A stretch of DNA of 33,965 nt, taken from IMG/VR virus record IMGVR_UViG_3300011115_000086; one strand, given 5' to 3'. The position numbers and the translations under genes were made by a program. The notes beneath the pieces are model-generated. The model made no database searches and was not told the origin of the DNA. It saw nothing but the letters and a program-made list of their open reading frames with translations. This DNA is from a virus. Numbering within the stretch: the stretch's first letter is position 1; each line of letters starts with the position of its first letter. Shown here piece by piece: positions 26,864-32,605 of the stretch.

Positions 26864-27118
26864 TTAAAAGGGTATGTCATCACGCATATCGTCAAACCCG
26901 CTTTGGGGGGCTTTGGGCGCTTCTTTTTCTTCTAAGTCGTAGCAATTAGCCCAGCCATTCCAGCCACCATCACTTAGGGGAAGTGAATCAAGTTTGATTT
27001 TTAGGTTTTCGTTGTCATCTAAAAAAACTGATCCAATGGTTTGGTAACGTTTTTTCTCTTGCCCCTCGCGGGTTTTGTATGTGCCAGTGATCACAACAAT
27101 GTTTTTAAATTTTTTCAT
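26864..27118 (-). CDS. Miniature SSB-like protein ending in the acidic DDIPF tip (84 aa)
   Basis: Directly downstream of the exonuclease. The C-terminus FDDMRDDIPF equals the canonical SSB C-terminal tip motif. The N-terminal ~60 aa are beta-rich (NIVVITGTYKTREGQEKKRYQTIGSVF). Confidence 0.5.
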   Translation of the reverse strand: MKKFKNIVVITGTYKTREGQEKKRYQTIGSVFLDDNENLKIKLDSLPLSDGGWNGWANCYDLEEKEAPKAPQSGFDDMRDDIPF

Positions 27119-27119
27119 G

Positions 27120-27731
27120 TCAGTCTTTCAGTTTGTTAAGTTGGGTAATTTTGTCTTCTAAGTCAAGCAAAAAATTGATGATTTCTTTGTCAAGTTTGCC
27201 AACATAAACAGGGTCAAATTCAACCCGTTTGATGAACAGCTGCAAGCCCTCTGCCATGCGTGGATCAAAACTTACATAGTCACACCAATGGCGCTGAGTG
27301 CAAGCCATTTGCCATTGCATTTGCGTGTTGTACTTTTCAGGCACTTTCTGTTCAAGCAATGTTTGAATGTGGGTTGCGGTGTTGGGGCATTTGATTTCCA
27401 CCAGCCCAAATTCCCCCACAAGGCCATCAGGGGACGCGCCAGCCTCTGAAAATGATGGGTGCGGTACAAACCCCACTTCTTCAACTAAAACGTCTTTGGC
27501 AGACTCATAGGCGGCACGGGCAAAAGGTTCTTGCTCAGTACCCCAAGCCATTGCCGCATTGCTGTATGACTCTGCGGGTTTGCCCGTCATGCGCTCACAG
27601 ACCAGTTGGGCAAGGTAGTTCTCGCGGCTGGTGCTGTAACCTGTTTTGGTCTTGGCGATAATGTCTGCCACACGGCTAGCGGTGACCTTGCCACACCTAG
27701 CGGCAAACCATTCTTCAGATCGTTGTTCCAT
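27120..27731 (-). CDS. YqaJ-type (lambda Exo-like) recombination exonuclease
   Basis: MEQRSEEWFAARCGKVTASRVADI..., GASPDGLV and LVEIKCP form the PD-(D/E)XK YqaJ signature. Confidence 0.9.
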   Translation of the reverse strand: MEQRSEEWFAARCGKVTASRVADIIAKTKTGYSTSRENYLAQLVCERMTGKPAESYSNAAMAWGTEQEPFARAAYESAKDVLVEEVGFVPHPSFSEAGASPDGLVGEFGLVEIKCPNTATHIQTLLEQKVPEKYNTQMQWQMACTQRHWCDYVSFDPRMAEGLQLFIKRVEFDPVYVGKLDKEIINFLLDLEDKITQLNKLKD

Positions 27732-27936
27732 TTGTAATCTCCAGTTTTGTTTGATTTAAAAGAAAATAAATAGCCATGTCAATTTGGCTTGCGGCTTTGT
27801 AGGCACGTTTACGCATATCGGAAGTGCGATGAAATTCTTCTAAATCTTTCATTGCCAGTTCCATGTGCGACTGCGATAGTTCCTCTAAAGCGCGTTTTGC
27901 CATGACCAGTGTGTCAAGAGAAATTTCAGGTTTCAT
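27715..27936 (-). CDS. Hypothetical helical protein (73 aa)
   Basis: Track ORF. The start immediately follows the erf stop; 17-nt overlap with the exonuclease start. Confidence 0.5.
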   Translation of the reverse strand: MKPEISLDTLVMAKRALEELSQSHMELAMKDLEEFHRTSDMRKRAYKAASQIDMAIYFLLNQTKLEITNGTTI

Positions 27937-28500
27937 TTATCCCCCCACTTTTGATTTTTTGGCATCTTTATGTGCAATGACTTTCTTTTGCCAAGTTGGG
28001 TCACCATTGGTTGCGGCATACGCTGCCTTGTAAGTCTTTTGCAAATCTTCTAGCGTGGTGGTTTCGTCCATTGCCGCCATCAGGTCGATTATTTGGTTTT
28101 CATTGACCGTGGACTTGATTTCGGTGCGGCGGCTGGCGCTGTTGCCATCGTCATCTTCAGGCGCAATCCCAGCTGCTGCCATCAGCGAATACCTACGAGC
28201 GTAGGTCAAGGCTGACCCGTATCCCTGTGGATCATGTTTGGCGGCGGGAACGTGGAGGATGCCGCATTCCAACGTTTCGCCACTTTCGTGGACAAAGACT
28301 GTTTCCACCATCACGCCGTCTGTGCAGTCATAGCATTTTTGGATCAGTGCTATCCCGTTGTCGTTCAAGCCTGTGATGACAGCTTCTACGCAGGCAGAAA
28401 GGTCTGCGTAACGCGATCTGAAGTGCGGGTTGGTGCTGGACTTCAGGGCTGGGCCAAAAGCCTTTTGTGCCTTGACAAGTGCGGTTGCAATTTGTTTCAT
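27937..28500 (-). CDS. erf: ERF-family single-strand annealing protein
   Basis: ALVKAQKAFGPALKSSTNPHFRSRYADLSACVEAV matches the ERF family N-terminal signature. RBS AAGGAGAACCC. Paired with the YqaJ exonuclease. Confidence 0.8.
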   Translation of the reverse strand: MKQIATALVKAQKAFGPALKSSTNPHFRSRYADLSACVEAVITGLNDNGIALIQKCYDCTDGVMVETVFVHESGETLECGILHVPAAKHDPQGYGSALTYARRYSLMAAAGIAPEDDDGNSASRRTEIKSTVNENQIIDLMAAMDETTTLEDLQKTYKAAYAATNGDPTWQKKVIAHKDAKKSKVGG

Positions 28501-28549
28501 GGGTTCTCCTTAGTGCGTAACATGGGTTAAAAAAACGTATTTCATAGGG

Positions 28550-28666
28550 CTATGGCCTCCAGATAAAAACATCAAGGGCAACCACTACGATTGCTGTAAT
28601 GGACACGATCCACAGGGCGACTTGCGCCCAGTCGGTAGGCTTGCTGTACTTTTCTATTTCAAACAT
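28550..28666 (-). CDS. 38-aa single-TM micropeptide
   Basis: MFEIEKYSKPTDWAQVALWIVSITAIVVVALDVFIWRP. AAGGA lies 6 nt upstream, directly after the GNRA hairpin. Below the track cutoff. Confidence 0.45.
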   Translation of the reverse strand: MFEIEKYSKPTDWAQVALWIVSITAIVVVALDVFIWRP

Positions 28667-28681
28667 GATTGATCCTTTGAT

Positions 28682-28695
28682 GGGGCTTGCGCCCC
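28682..28695 (-). promoter_or_regulatory. Intercistronic GNRA-tetraloop hairpin (GGGGC GCAA GCCCC on the transcript)
   Basis: Perfect 5-bp GC stem with a GCAA loop on the minus strand, 7 nt after stop 28703 and 3 nt before the next RBS. No U tract follows. Confidence 0.7.
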
Positions 28696-28702
28696 GTTAA
28701 AT

Positions 28703-28954
28703 TTACTCTTTGACAGTGCCAACTAAAGCGCCATCCATGATTTCAAACAAAATGGCTTTGGCACGATTTAGGCTTTGTCTAGCGCCCTCTAAATCATCAA
28801 ACTCTATTTGTGTTTGAGCATCTGACATCAGGCCAGCAACCACCATGTTTGCGCCAGTAAATTTGTAGGTGACTGAGTTTTTGACCGAAGCAATGAATTG
28901 ATTGATGTCATTGACACCGTACATAGCTTGGTTGTTTGATTGAGTAGCTTGCAT
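28703..28954 (-). CDS. Hypothetical early protein (83 aa)
   Basis: Track ORF. RBS AAGGAAATCAAAATG. Preceded by promoter-leader copy A. Confidence 0.55.
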   Translation of the reverse strand: MQATQSNNQAMYGVNDINQFIASVKNSVTYKFTGANMVVAGLMSDAQTQIEFDDLEGARQSLNRAKAILFEIMDGALVGTVKE

Positions 28955-29000
28955 TTTGATTTCCTTAAAGACCCTATGCGTTGTGCTGGGGAATGAATGT

Positions 29001-29029
29001 ATTATTAAGCAGGCTTAACAAGAGGTCAA
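29001..29029 (-). promoter_or_regulatory. Sigma70-like internal leftward promoter (copy A)
   Basis: Minus strand TTGACC (29029-29024), 17-nt spacer, AATAAT (29006-29001). The spacer holds the inverted repeat TTAAGC ag GCTTAA (29005-29018). Confidence 0.55.
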
Positions 29030-29094
29030 GCCTTTTCGCTAGGTGTTTTCCCTAAGTTGTTCAAAAAAGCCACAACTTGTAAAACTCCCATTTT

Positions 29095-29310
29095 TTACTC
29101 TTGAACGTCAGCAATTTTTTTGGCGTAGGCAACAGCCTGATCCAACATGGTGGCGGAATAGATGCGGGTGGCAACAATCATTTCGGCATCAGTGTCCAGC
29201 AGGGTCACTGCGTAGCCTTTTTTGGTCTGAGTGACCAAAGAAGAAATGCCGTAAAAAACGTTGACAAATGTTGCCACTTGCGCGGTGTTTGAAATTTGAG
29301 AAATAACCAT
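29095..29310 (-). CDS. Hypothetical early protein (71 aa)
   Basis: Track ORF. RBS AAGGAGTAAAAAAATG directly after the second GNRA hairpin. Confidence 0.55.
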   Translation of the reverse strand: MVISQISNTAQVATFVNVFYGISSLVTQTKKGYAVTLLDTDAEMIVATRIYSATMLDQAVAYAKKIADVQE

Positions 29311-29326
29311 TTTTTTACTCCTTAGA

Positions 29327-29342
29327 GGGGGCTTGCGCCCCC
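29327..29342 (-). promoter_or_regulatory. Intercistronic GNRA-tetraloop hairpin (GGGGGC GCAA GCCCCC on the transcript)
   Basis: Perfect 6-bp GC stem with a GCAA loop, 6 nt after stop 29349 and 3 nt before AAGGAG. Same core and similar flanks as 28682-28695. Confidence 0.7.
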
Positions 29343-29348
29343 GATTGA

Positions 29349-29939
29349 TTAAGCTGCCAACAAGCCCACTGCACCGTAGCCGTAACCGTCATCACCTAGA
29401 AAGGCTACACGGGCTAACGTGGCGCTTTGTGCGGCATCGTCCATGCTGTATTCGCTGGCTGCTTCCCGAATGATTCGTTCAATGTCTCTAGTTTCGTAAC
29501 CGCGAGAAGCGCTGCCAGCGTTGGGGCCGACTGCCTTAATCGAAGCGCCAAAATACTGACCGCCGCTATCAATCAAAACTTCGTTGTCGAACCCAAAACG
29601 GTTGCACACATCAACAGCCACGCCTGTCAAAATTGGTGCGGTAAACCGGCGATTTACAAAAATAAAATCAGCACCAAACGAAACTGGCTGACCGTCCAAG
29701 CTGCTGTAATTGTTGCCCTTGTAATCGGTCATGCCGTCAAAATAAGAGCCTTCAAACATGCTGACAACAGCCTTGACTTGGCTGGCGTTAGGGCCGTCAG
29801 TGTAGGAAACATTGATGCTAGCGCCGCCAGCGTAGCTGCTGGACTTGACACTGAACTTGACGCCGGGGAATGACTCTTTGAGAGCCGCCCGAACCAACTT
29901 TGCGGTTTCGGAACAAGAGAGGTATTGAGTGCTTGACAT
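29349..29939 (-). CDS. First leftward early gene; resembles the polyvalent-protein-associated domain LPD29
   Basis: SETAKLVRAALKESFPGVKFSVKSSSYAGGASINVSYTDGPNASQVKAVVSMFEGSYFDGMTDY matches my recollection of the LPD29 family pattern. Strong RBS TAAGGAGAAAGCAAATG. Confidence 0.5.
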   Translation of the reverse strand: MSSTQYLSCSETAKLVRAALKESFPGVKFSVKSSSYAGGASINVSYTDGPNASQVKAVVSMFEGSYFDGMTDYKGNNYSSLDGQPVSFGADFIFVNRRFTAPILTGVAVDVCNRFGFDNEVLIDSGGQYFGASIKAVGPNAGSASRGYETRDIERIIREAASEYSMDDAAQSATLARVAFLGDDGYGYGAVGLLAA

Positions 29940-29986
29940 TTGCTTTCTCCTTAAAGACCCCGTGCAATTTGCTAGGGAATGACTGA

Positions 29987-30015
29987 ATAATAAGCTAGCT
30001 TAATAGCCTTGTCAA
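29987..30015 (-). promoter_or_regulatory. Sigma70-like leftward early promoter (copy B)
   Basis: Minus strand TTGACA (30015-30010), 17-nt spacer, TATTAT (29992-29987). The perfect 12-bp palindrome TAAGCTAGCTTA (29991-30002) overlaps the -10 and the spacer. Confidence 0.65.
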
Positions 30016-30051
30016 CTGTTGTTTGTAAAGCCCCCTTAACTTTGTCGGGTA

Positions 30052-30081
30052 TTGACAAGTTGGCATAAGTTGGCTTACTAT
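30052..30081 (+). promoter_or_regulatory. Sigma70-like rightward early promoter
   Basis: TTGACA (30052-30057), 18-nt spacer, TACTAT (30076-30081). The spacer holds the direct repeat AAGTTGGC at 30057-30064 and 30067-30074. ATG 30088 lies 7 nt after the -10. Confidence 0.65.
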
Positions 30082-30087
30082 GCGAGG

Positions 30088-30246
30088 ATGGAAAAAGAGC
30101 AAGCAATAAATTTAGCGGGGTCGGCGAGAAAATTAGCAGAGATGCTAGGGATCAGCCGTGCCGCCATCAGCCAGTGGGGTGTGACCATCCCACAGGCACG
30201 GGTGTGGCAGTTGAAAGCCATGCGCCCTGATTGGTTTGGTAAATAA
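30088..30246 (+). CDS. Cro / YdaS-like HTH regulator (52 aa)
   Basis: AINLAGSARKLAEMLGISRAAISQWGVTIPQARVWQLKAMRPDWF is the YdaS/Cro-type HTH pattern. ATG 30088 is preferred because track start 30052 is the promoter -35 itself. Confidence 0.75.
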   Translation: MEKEQAINLAGSARKLAEMLGISRAAISQWGVTIPQARVWQLKAMRPDWFGK

Positions 30247-30266
30247 ATTTACAGGGGGGAAAGCGG

Positions 30267-30356
30267 ATGCTGGCAAGTCGTTGTTCTAGGCGGCGCAGGT
30301 TGAACCCAAAACGCCAGACGCAGCGAGTACCCCCACCTTTTAATTTTGATGTATGA
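30267..30356 (+). CDS. Arg-rich 29-aa micro-ORF (speculative)
   Basis: MLASRCSRRRRLNPKRQTQRVPPPFNFDV. AGGGGGGA lies 6 nt upstream of the ATG. Sits between the cro-like gene and the long terminator. Confidence 0.3.
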   Translation: MLASRCSRRRRLNPKRQTQRVPPPFNFDV

Positions 30357-30388
30357 TTTCACATCCCTTGGCGGGGAATTTTCAGCAA

Positions 30389-30468
30389 GACTTAGACGGG
30401 ACACTGCTGGTGCTGACCAGTCCGCCAACACCGGAAACGGTGAGTGTCTCGCCTAAGTCTTTTTTTTT
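30389..30468 (+). terminator. Long-stem intrinsic terminator between the cro-like and replication genes
   Basis: GACTTAGACGGGACAC (30389-30404) pairs with GTGTCTCGCCTAAGTC (30444-30459): 16 bp with one mismatch and one G-U. Nine Ts follow (30460-30468). The 39-nt apical part contains CTGGT gctg ACCAG. Confidence 0.75.
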
Positions 30469-30475
30469 GGACTTT

Positions 30476-31249
30476 ATGCACTACTACCAATTCAACATTG
30501 GTGACTATGTAAGCCACACCCGGCATCTCTCACCCATCGAAGACATTGCTTACAGGCGCTTGCTTGATGCCTACTATCTAAGTGAACGCCCGTTGAACAG
30601 CGGTATAGCGGTGGTTGCACGGCAGATCGGCTTAAAAGATCATGAATCAGAGGTACATGAGGTACTTCAGGAATTTTTTAAGCTGACTGAAGATGGCTGG
30701 ATAAACACCCGTGCAGACAAGGAAATTGCCCACTTCAAAGGGAAAATTGAACAGGCGTCTAGGGCTGGTAAAGCATCTGCTGAACGCCGGAGCAACCCCC
30801 GTTCAACGGACGTTCAACCAACCAATAACCAAGAACCAATAACCATTAACCAAGAACTATTGAAGAAGCAGCGCGGGTCGCGCCTGCCTCAAGACTTTGT
30901 GTTCCCAAAGGAATGGGCAGACTTCTGCATACAGCAACGACCAGACCTTAACTTGCAGAACACGTTTGATTCGTTTAAAGACTTTTGGACTGCAAAGGCT
31001 GGGTCTGGTGGTGTTAAGCTGGATTGGCTGGCGACATGGCGCAACTGGGTTCGCAATCAGTCAGTCCCGAAGGCATCTTTTGCACAGATCAATGCGGATA
31101 TAGCCCGAACAACAGTGCCTAGAAATCAAGCCTATGAGGACACGCAACGCAGACTAAGGGAGGAGGCTGACAGAAATTGCAGCGGCCCTTCCTTGGAGGT
31201 TTTGGCGAAGATGGCAGCTATTCGCGGCGGTGTGAAGGAGAGCATGTGA
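30476..31249 (+). CDS. DUF1376 / YdaU-like replication-associated protein
   Basis: MHYYQFNIGDYVSHTRHLSPIEDIAYRRLLDAYYLSERPL is the DUF1376 N-terminal signature. The position after a YdaS-like gene mirrors the Rac prophage ydaS-ydaU order. Track start 30353 would run through the terminator. Confidence 0.7.
   Translation: MHYYQFNIGDYVSHTRHLSPIEDIAYRRLLDAYYLSERPLNSGIAVVARQIGLKDHESEVHEVLQEFFKLTEDGWINTRADKEIAHFKGKIEQASRAGKASAERRSNPRSTDVQPTNNQEPITINQELLKKQRGSRLPQDFVFPKEWADFCIQQRPDLNLQNTFDSFKDFWTAKAGSGGVKLDWLATWRNWVRNQSVPKASFAQINADIARTTVPRNQAYEDTQRRLREEADRNCSGPSLEVLAKMAAIRGGVKESM
30816..30861 (+). repeat. Tandem heptamer array AACCAAK (about 6 units) inside the replication gene
   Basis: AACC AACCAAT AACCAAG AACCAAT AACCATT AACCAAG AACTATT, preceded by the direct repeat GTTCAAC at 30801 and 30812. 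Confidence 0.85.
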
Positions 31250-31521
31250 ATCGTGAAGTAGCAAACAAACTTTTGGACAAAGCCCGTGAAGGACACAGGT
31301 ACACCCTTGAAGAAATCAGCGCCGCCCTCTACGCAAGTGGCGACCTACATGATCCGCTGCGAAGCGCGGGAATGGCATCGGCGCTATCGGGCCAAGGTGA
31401 AACAATTGGGCAGTGTGAGAGCGCAAAGCTGGTGGCATCAAGTGAAAACAGACATTGTGCAGATTCGTGGGCAGGCTACAGCCGATATCTTGATAAACGA
31501 AATGAACAGGCAGCAGCATGA
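31246..31521 (+). CDS. Hypothetical protein (91 aa, GTG start)
   Basis: GTG 31246 with AAGGAG 8 nt upstream, overlapping the previous stop. Its own stop overlaps the next start (ATGA at 31518-31521). Confidence 0.5.
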   Translation: MNREVANKLLDKAREGHRYTLEEISAALYASGDLHDPLRSAGMASALSGQGETIGQCESAKLVASSENRHCADSWAGYSRYLDKRNEQAAA

Positions 31522-31784
31522 GACACGCAGCAAGAATTGATGCCAATCAAGCGCAAATCGTAAGCGCACTTAGGGCGGCTGGCGCTTATGTGTGGATCAT
31601 CAGTCTGCCAGTTGACCTTTTGGTTGGTTACAAGGGTCACACATTCTTGGTGGAAGTCAAAACCAACGCTAAAAAGCGTTTAACGGCCCTACAAGACGAT
31701 TTTTTTAAGAATTGGTCTGGCAGTACCTTGGCAAGAATTGACAGCCCTGAAGCCGCCCTACGCATGATTGGAGTGTTGAAATGA
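31518..31784 (+). CDS. VRR-NUC-like PD-(D/E)XK nuclease (88 aa)
   Basis: IDANQAQIVSALRAAGAYVW...PVDLLVGYKGHTFLVEVKTN...LTALQDDF fits the VRR-NUC arrangement. Confidence 0.5.
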   Translation: MRHAARIDANQAQIVSALRAAGAYVWIISLPVDLLVGYKGHTFLVEVKTNAKKRLTALQDDFFKNWSGSTLARIDSPEAALRMIGVLK

Positions 31785-32110
31785 AGCCTGAAGAAGCCGC
31801 CGAAAGCATACGCAACAAAGCCCCGGCCTACGGTGAAGCCAAAGCCCAGCGGGTTTACCTTGAAGAATTCCGCAAAAGCCAAAAAGCTATGTTGATGAAA
31901 GAATCCTTAGAGATGGGCTACGAAGCTGCCAATGCCCAAGAGCGCGAAGCCTACGCAAGCCCTGTTTACCAAAAGCTGTTGAACGGTTTGGCTGTGGCAA
32001 TTGAGCAGGAGGAAACCCTTAAATGGCAAATTGAAGCTGCTAGGCTTGACATTGAAATCTGGCGAACACGCGAAGCCACCAATCGACTGCAAGATAGGGC
32101 GCATCAATGA
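31781..32110 (+). CDS. Hypothetical coiled-coil protein (109 aa)
   Basis: Track ORF; ATGA overlaps at both ends; helical charged composition. Confidence 0.55.
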   Translation: MKPEEAAESIRNKAPAYGEAKAQRVYLEEFRKSQKAMLMKESLEMGYEAANAQEREAYASPVYQKLLNGLAVAIEQEETLKWQIEAARLDIEIWRTREATNRLQDRAHQ

Positions 32111-32292
32111 AATGTCCCGAATGCGGGGCTTGGACAACAGTAAAAGACACCCGATTAATTACAGACACCAGCCGCCGCCGAAAAATGGAATGCGCCAATC
32201 TGCACCGATTCACCACACTGGAGACAATAATTGTTTCAAAAACACCAATACATAAGAAGCAAAAAGCTATTAAGACTAGTGGCGGGGCTTGA
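32107..32292 (+). CDS. NrdR-like zinc-ribbon protein (61 aa)
   Basis: MKCPECGAWTTVKDTRLITDTSRRRKMECANLHRFTTLE parallels the NrdR N-terminal zinc ribbon (CPFC...V.DSR...RRR.C..C..RFTT.E). Confidence 0.5.
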   Translation: MKCPECGAWTTVKDTRLITDTSRRRKMECANLHRFTTLETIIVSKTPIHKKQKAIKTSGGA

Positions 32293-32563
32293 CTGCCAAG
32301 CCTGCGGGTCAGGCGGCATGGTGCAGGCAGCGCACAGCAACTGGGGAGGCGGCAAGGGCCGAGGCATCAAGGCTGATGACAACCTTGTGGCGGCGCTGTG
32401 CCTGAAGTGCCATTTTGAGATTGACCAAGGCAAAGACCTGACCAAGGAAGAACGCCAAGAAAAGTGGCGCAAGGCCCACGCTGCTACGGTTGAAAAATTG
32501 TGTGACCAAGGGGCTTGGCCCTCTGACGTTCCGCTGCCTATAATGGAAGCGCAGTTGTCTTAA
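32231..32563 (+). CDS. DUF1364 / YbcO-like protein (putative nuclease); start uncertain
   Basis: CQACGSGGMVQAAHSNWGGGKGRGIKADDNLVAALCLKCHFEID matches the YbcO-family Cys/His pattern. ATG 32231 overlaps the previous gene by 62 nt; GTG 32279 is an alternative. Confidence 0.55.
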   Translation: MFQKHQYIRSKKLLRLVAGLDCQACGSGGMVQAAHSNWGGGKGRGIKADDNLVAALCLKCHFEIDQGKDLTKEERQEKWRKAHAATVEKLCDQGAWPSDVPLPIMEAQLS

Positions 32564-32564
32564 C

Positions 32565-32591
32565 GGGGGGTGTTGCAACCCCCCTTTTTTT
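32565..32591 (+). terminator. Rho-independent terminator closing the rightward early operon
   Basis: GGGGGGT gttgc A CCCCCC (G6/C6 plus T-A), followed by seven Ts (32585-32591). It starts 2 nt after stop 32563. Confidence 0.85.
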
Positions 32592-32599
32592 GATATAGT
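32591..32599 (+). promoter_or_regulatory. Extended -10 promoter element TGATATAGT
   Basis: TGn-TATAGT. The last base is 7 nt upstream of ATG 32606 and there is no purine-rich SD in between. No good -35. Confidence 0.45.
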
Positions 32600-32605
32600 G
32601 CCAAC

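Noticed and set aside
29041-29094. Hairpin AAGTTGT...ACAACTT downstream of the 71-aa early gene, as a possible terminator ahead of promoter copy A.
   Set aside because: A 7-bp AT-rich stem with an 11-nt loop and no 3' U tract on the transcribed strand is too weak to call.
30249-30431. Minus-strand 60-aa ORF in the cro-to-replication gap, and the long version of the replication ORF starting at 30353.
   Set aside because: The minus ORF has no RBS and runs against both flanking operons. The 30353 start would translate through the 16-bp terminator stem and the T9 run, and the DUF1376 signature begins exactly at ATG 30476.
31286-31540. Alternative-frame ORF (84 aa) fully overlapping 31246-31521. 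I considered a frameshifted or dual-coding gene because the second half of this frame looks protein-like.
   Set aside because: The 31246 frame has a proper AAGGAG-GTG start on the previous stop and ends in the ATGA overlap with the next gene, the coupling pattern used throughout this genome. There is no slippery site. This cannot be resolved without homologues.
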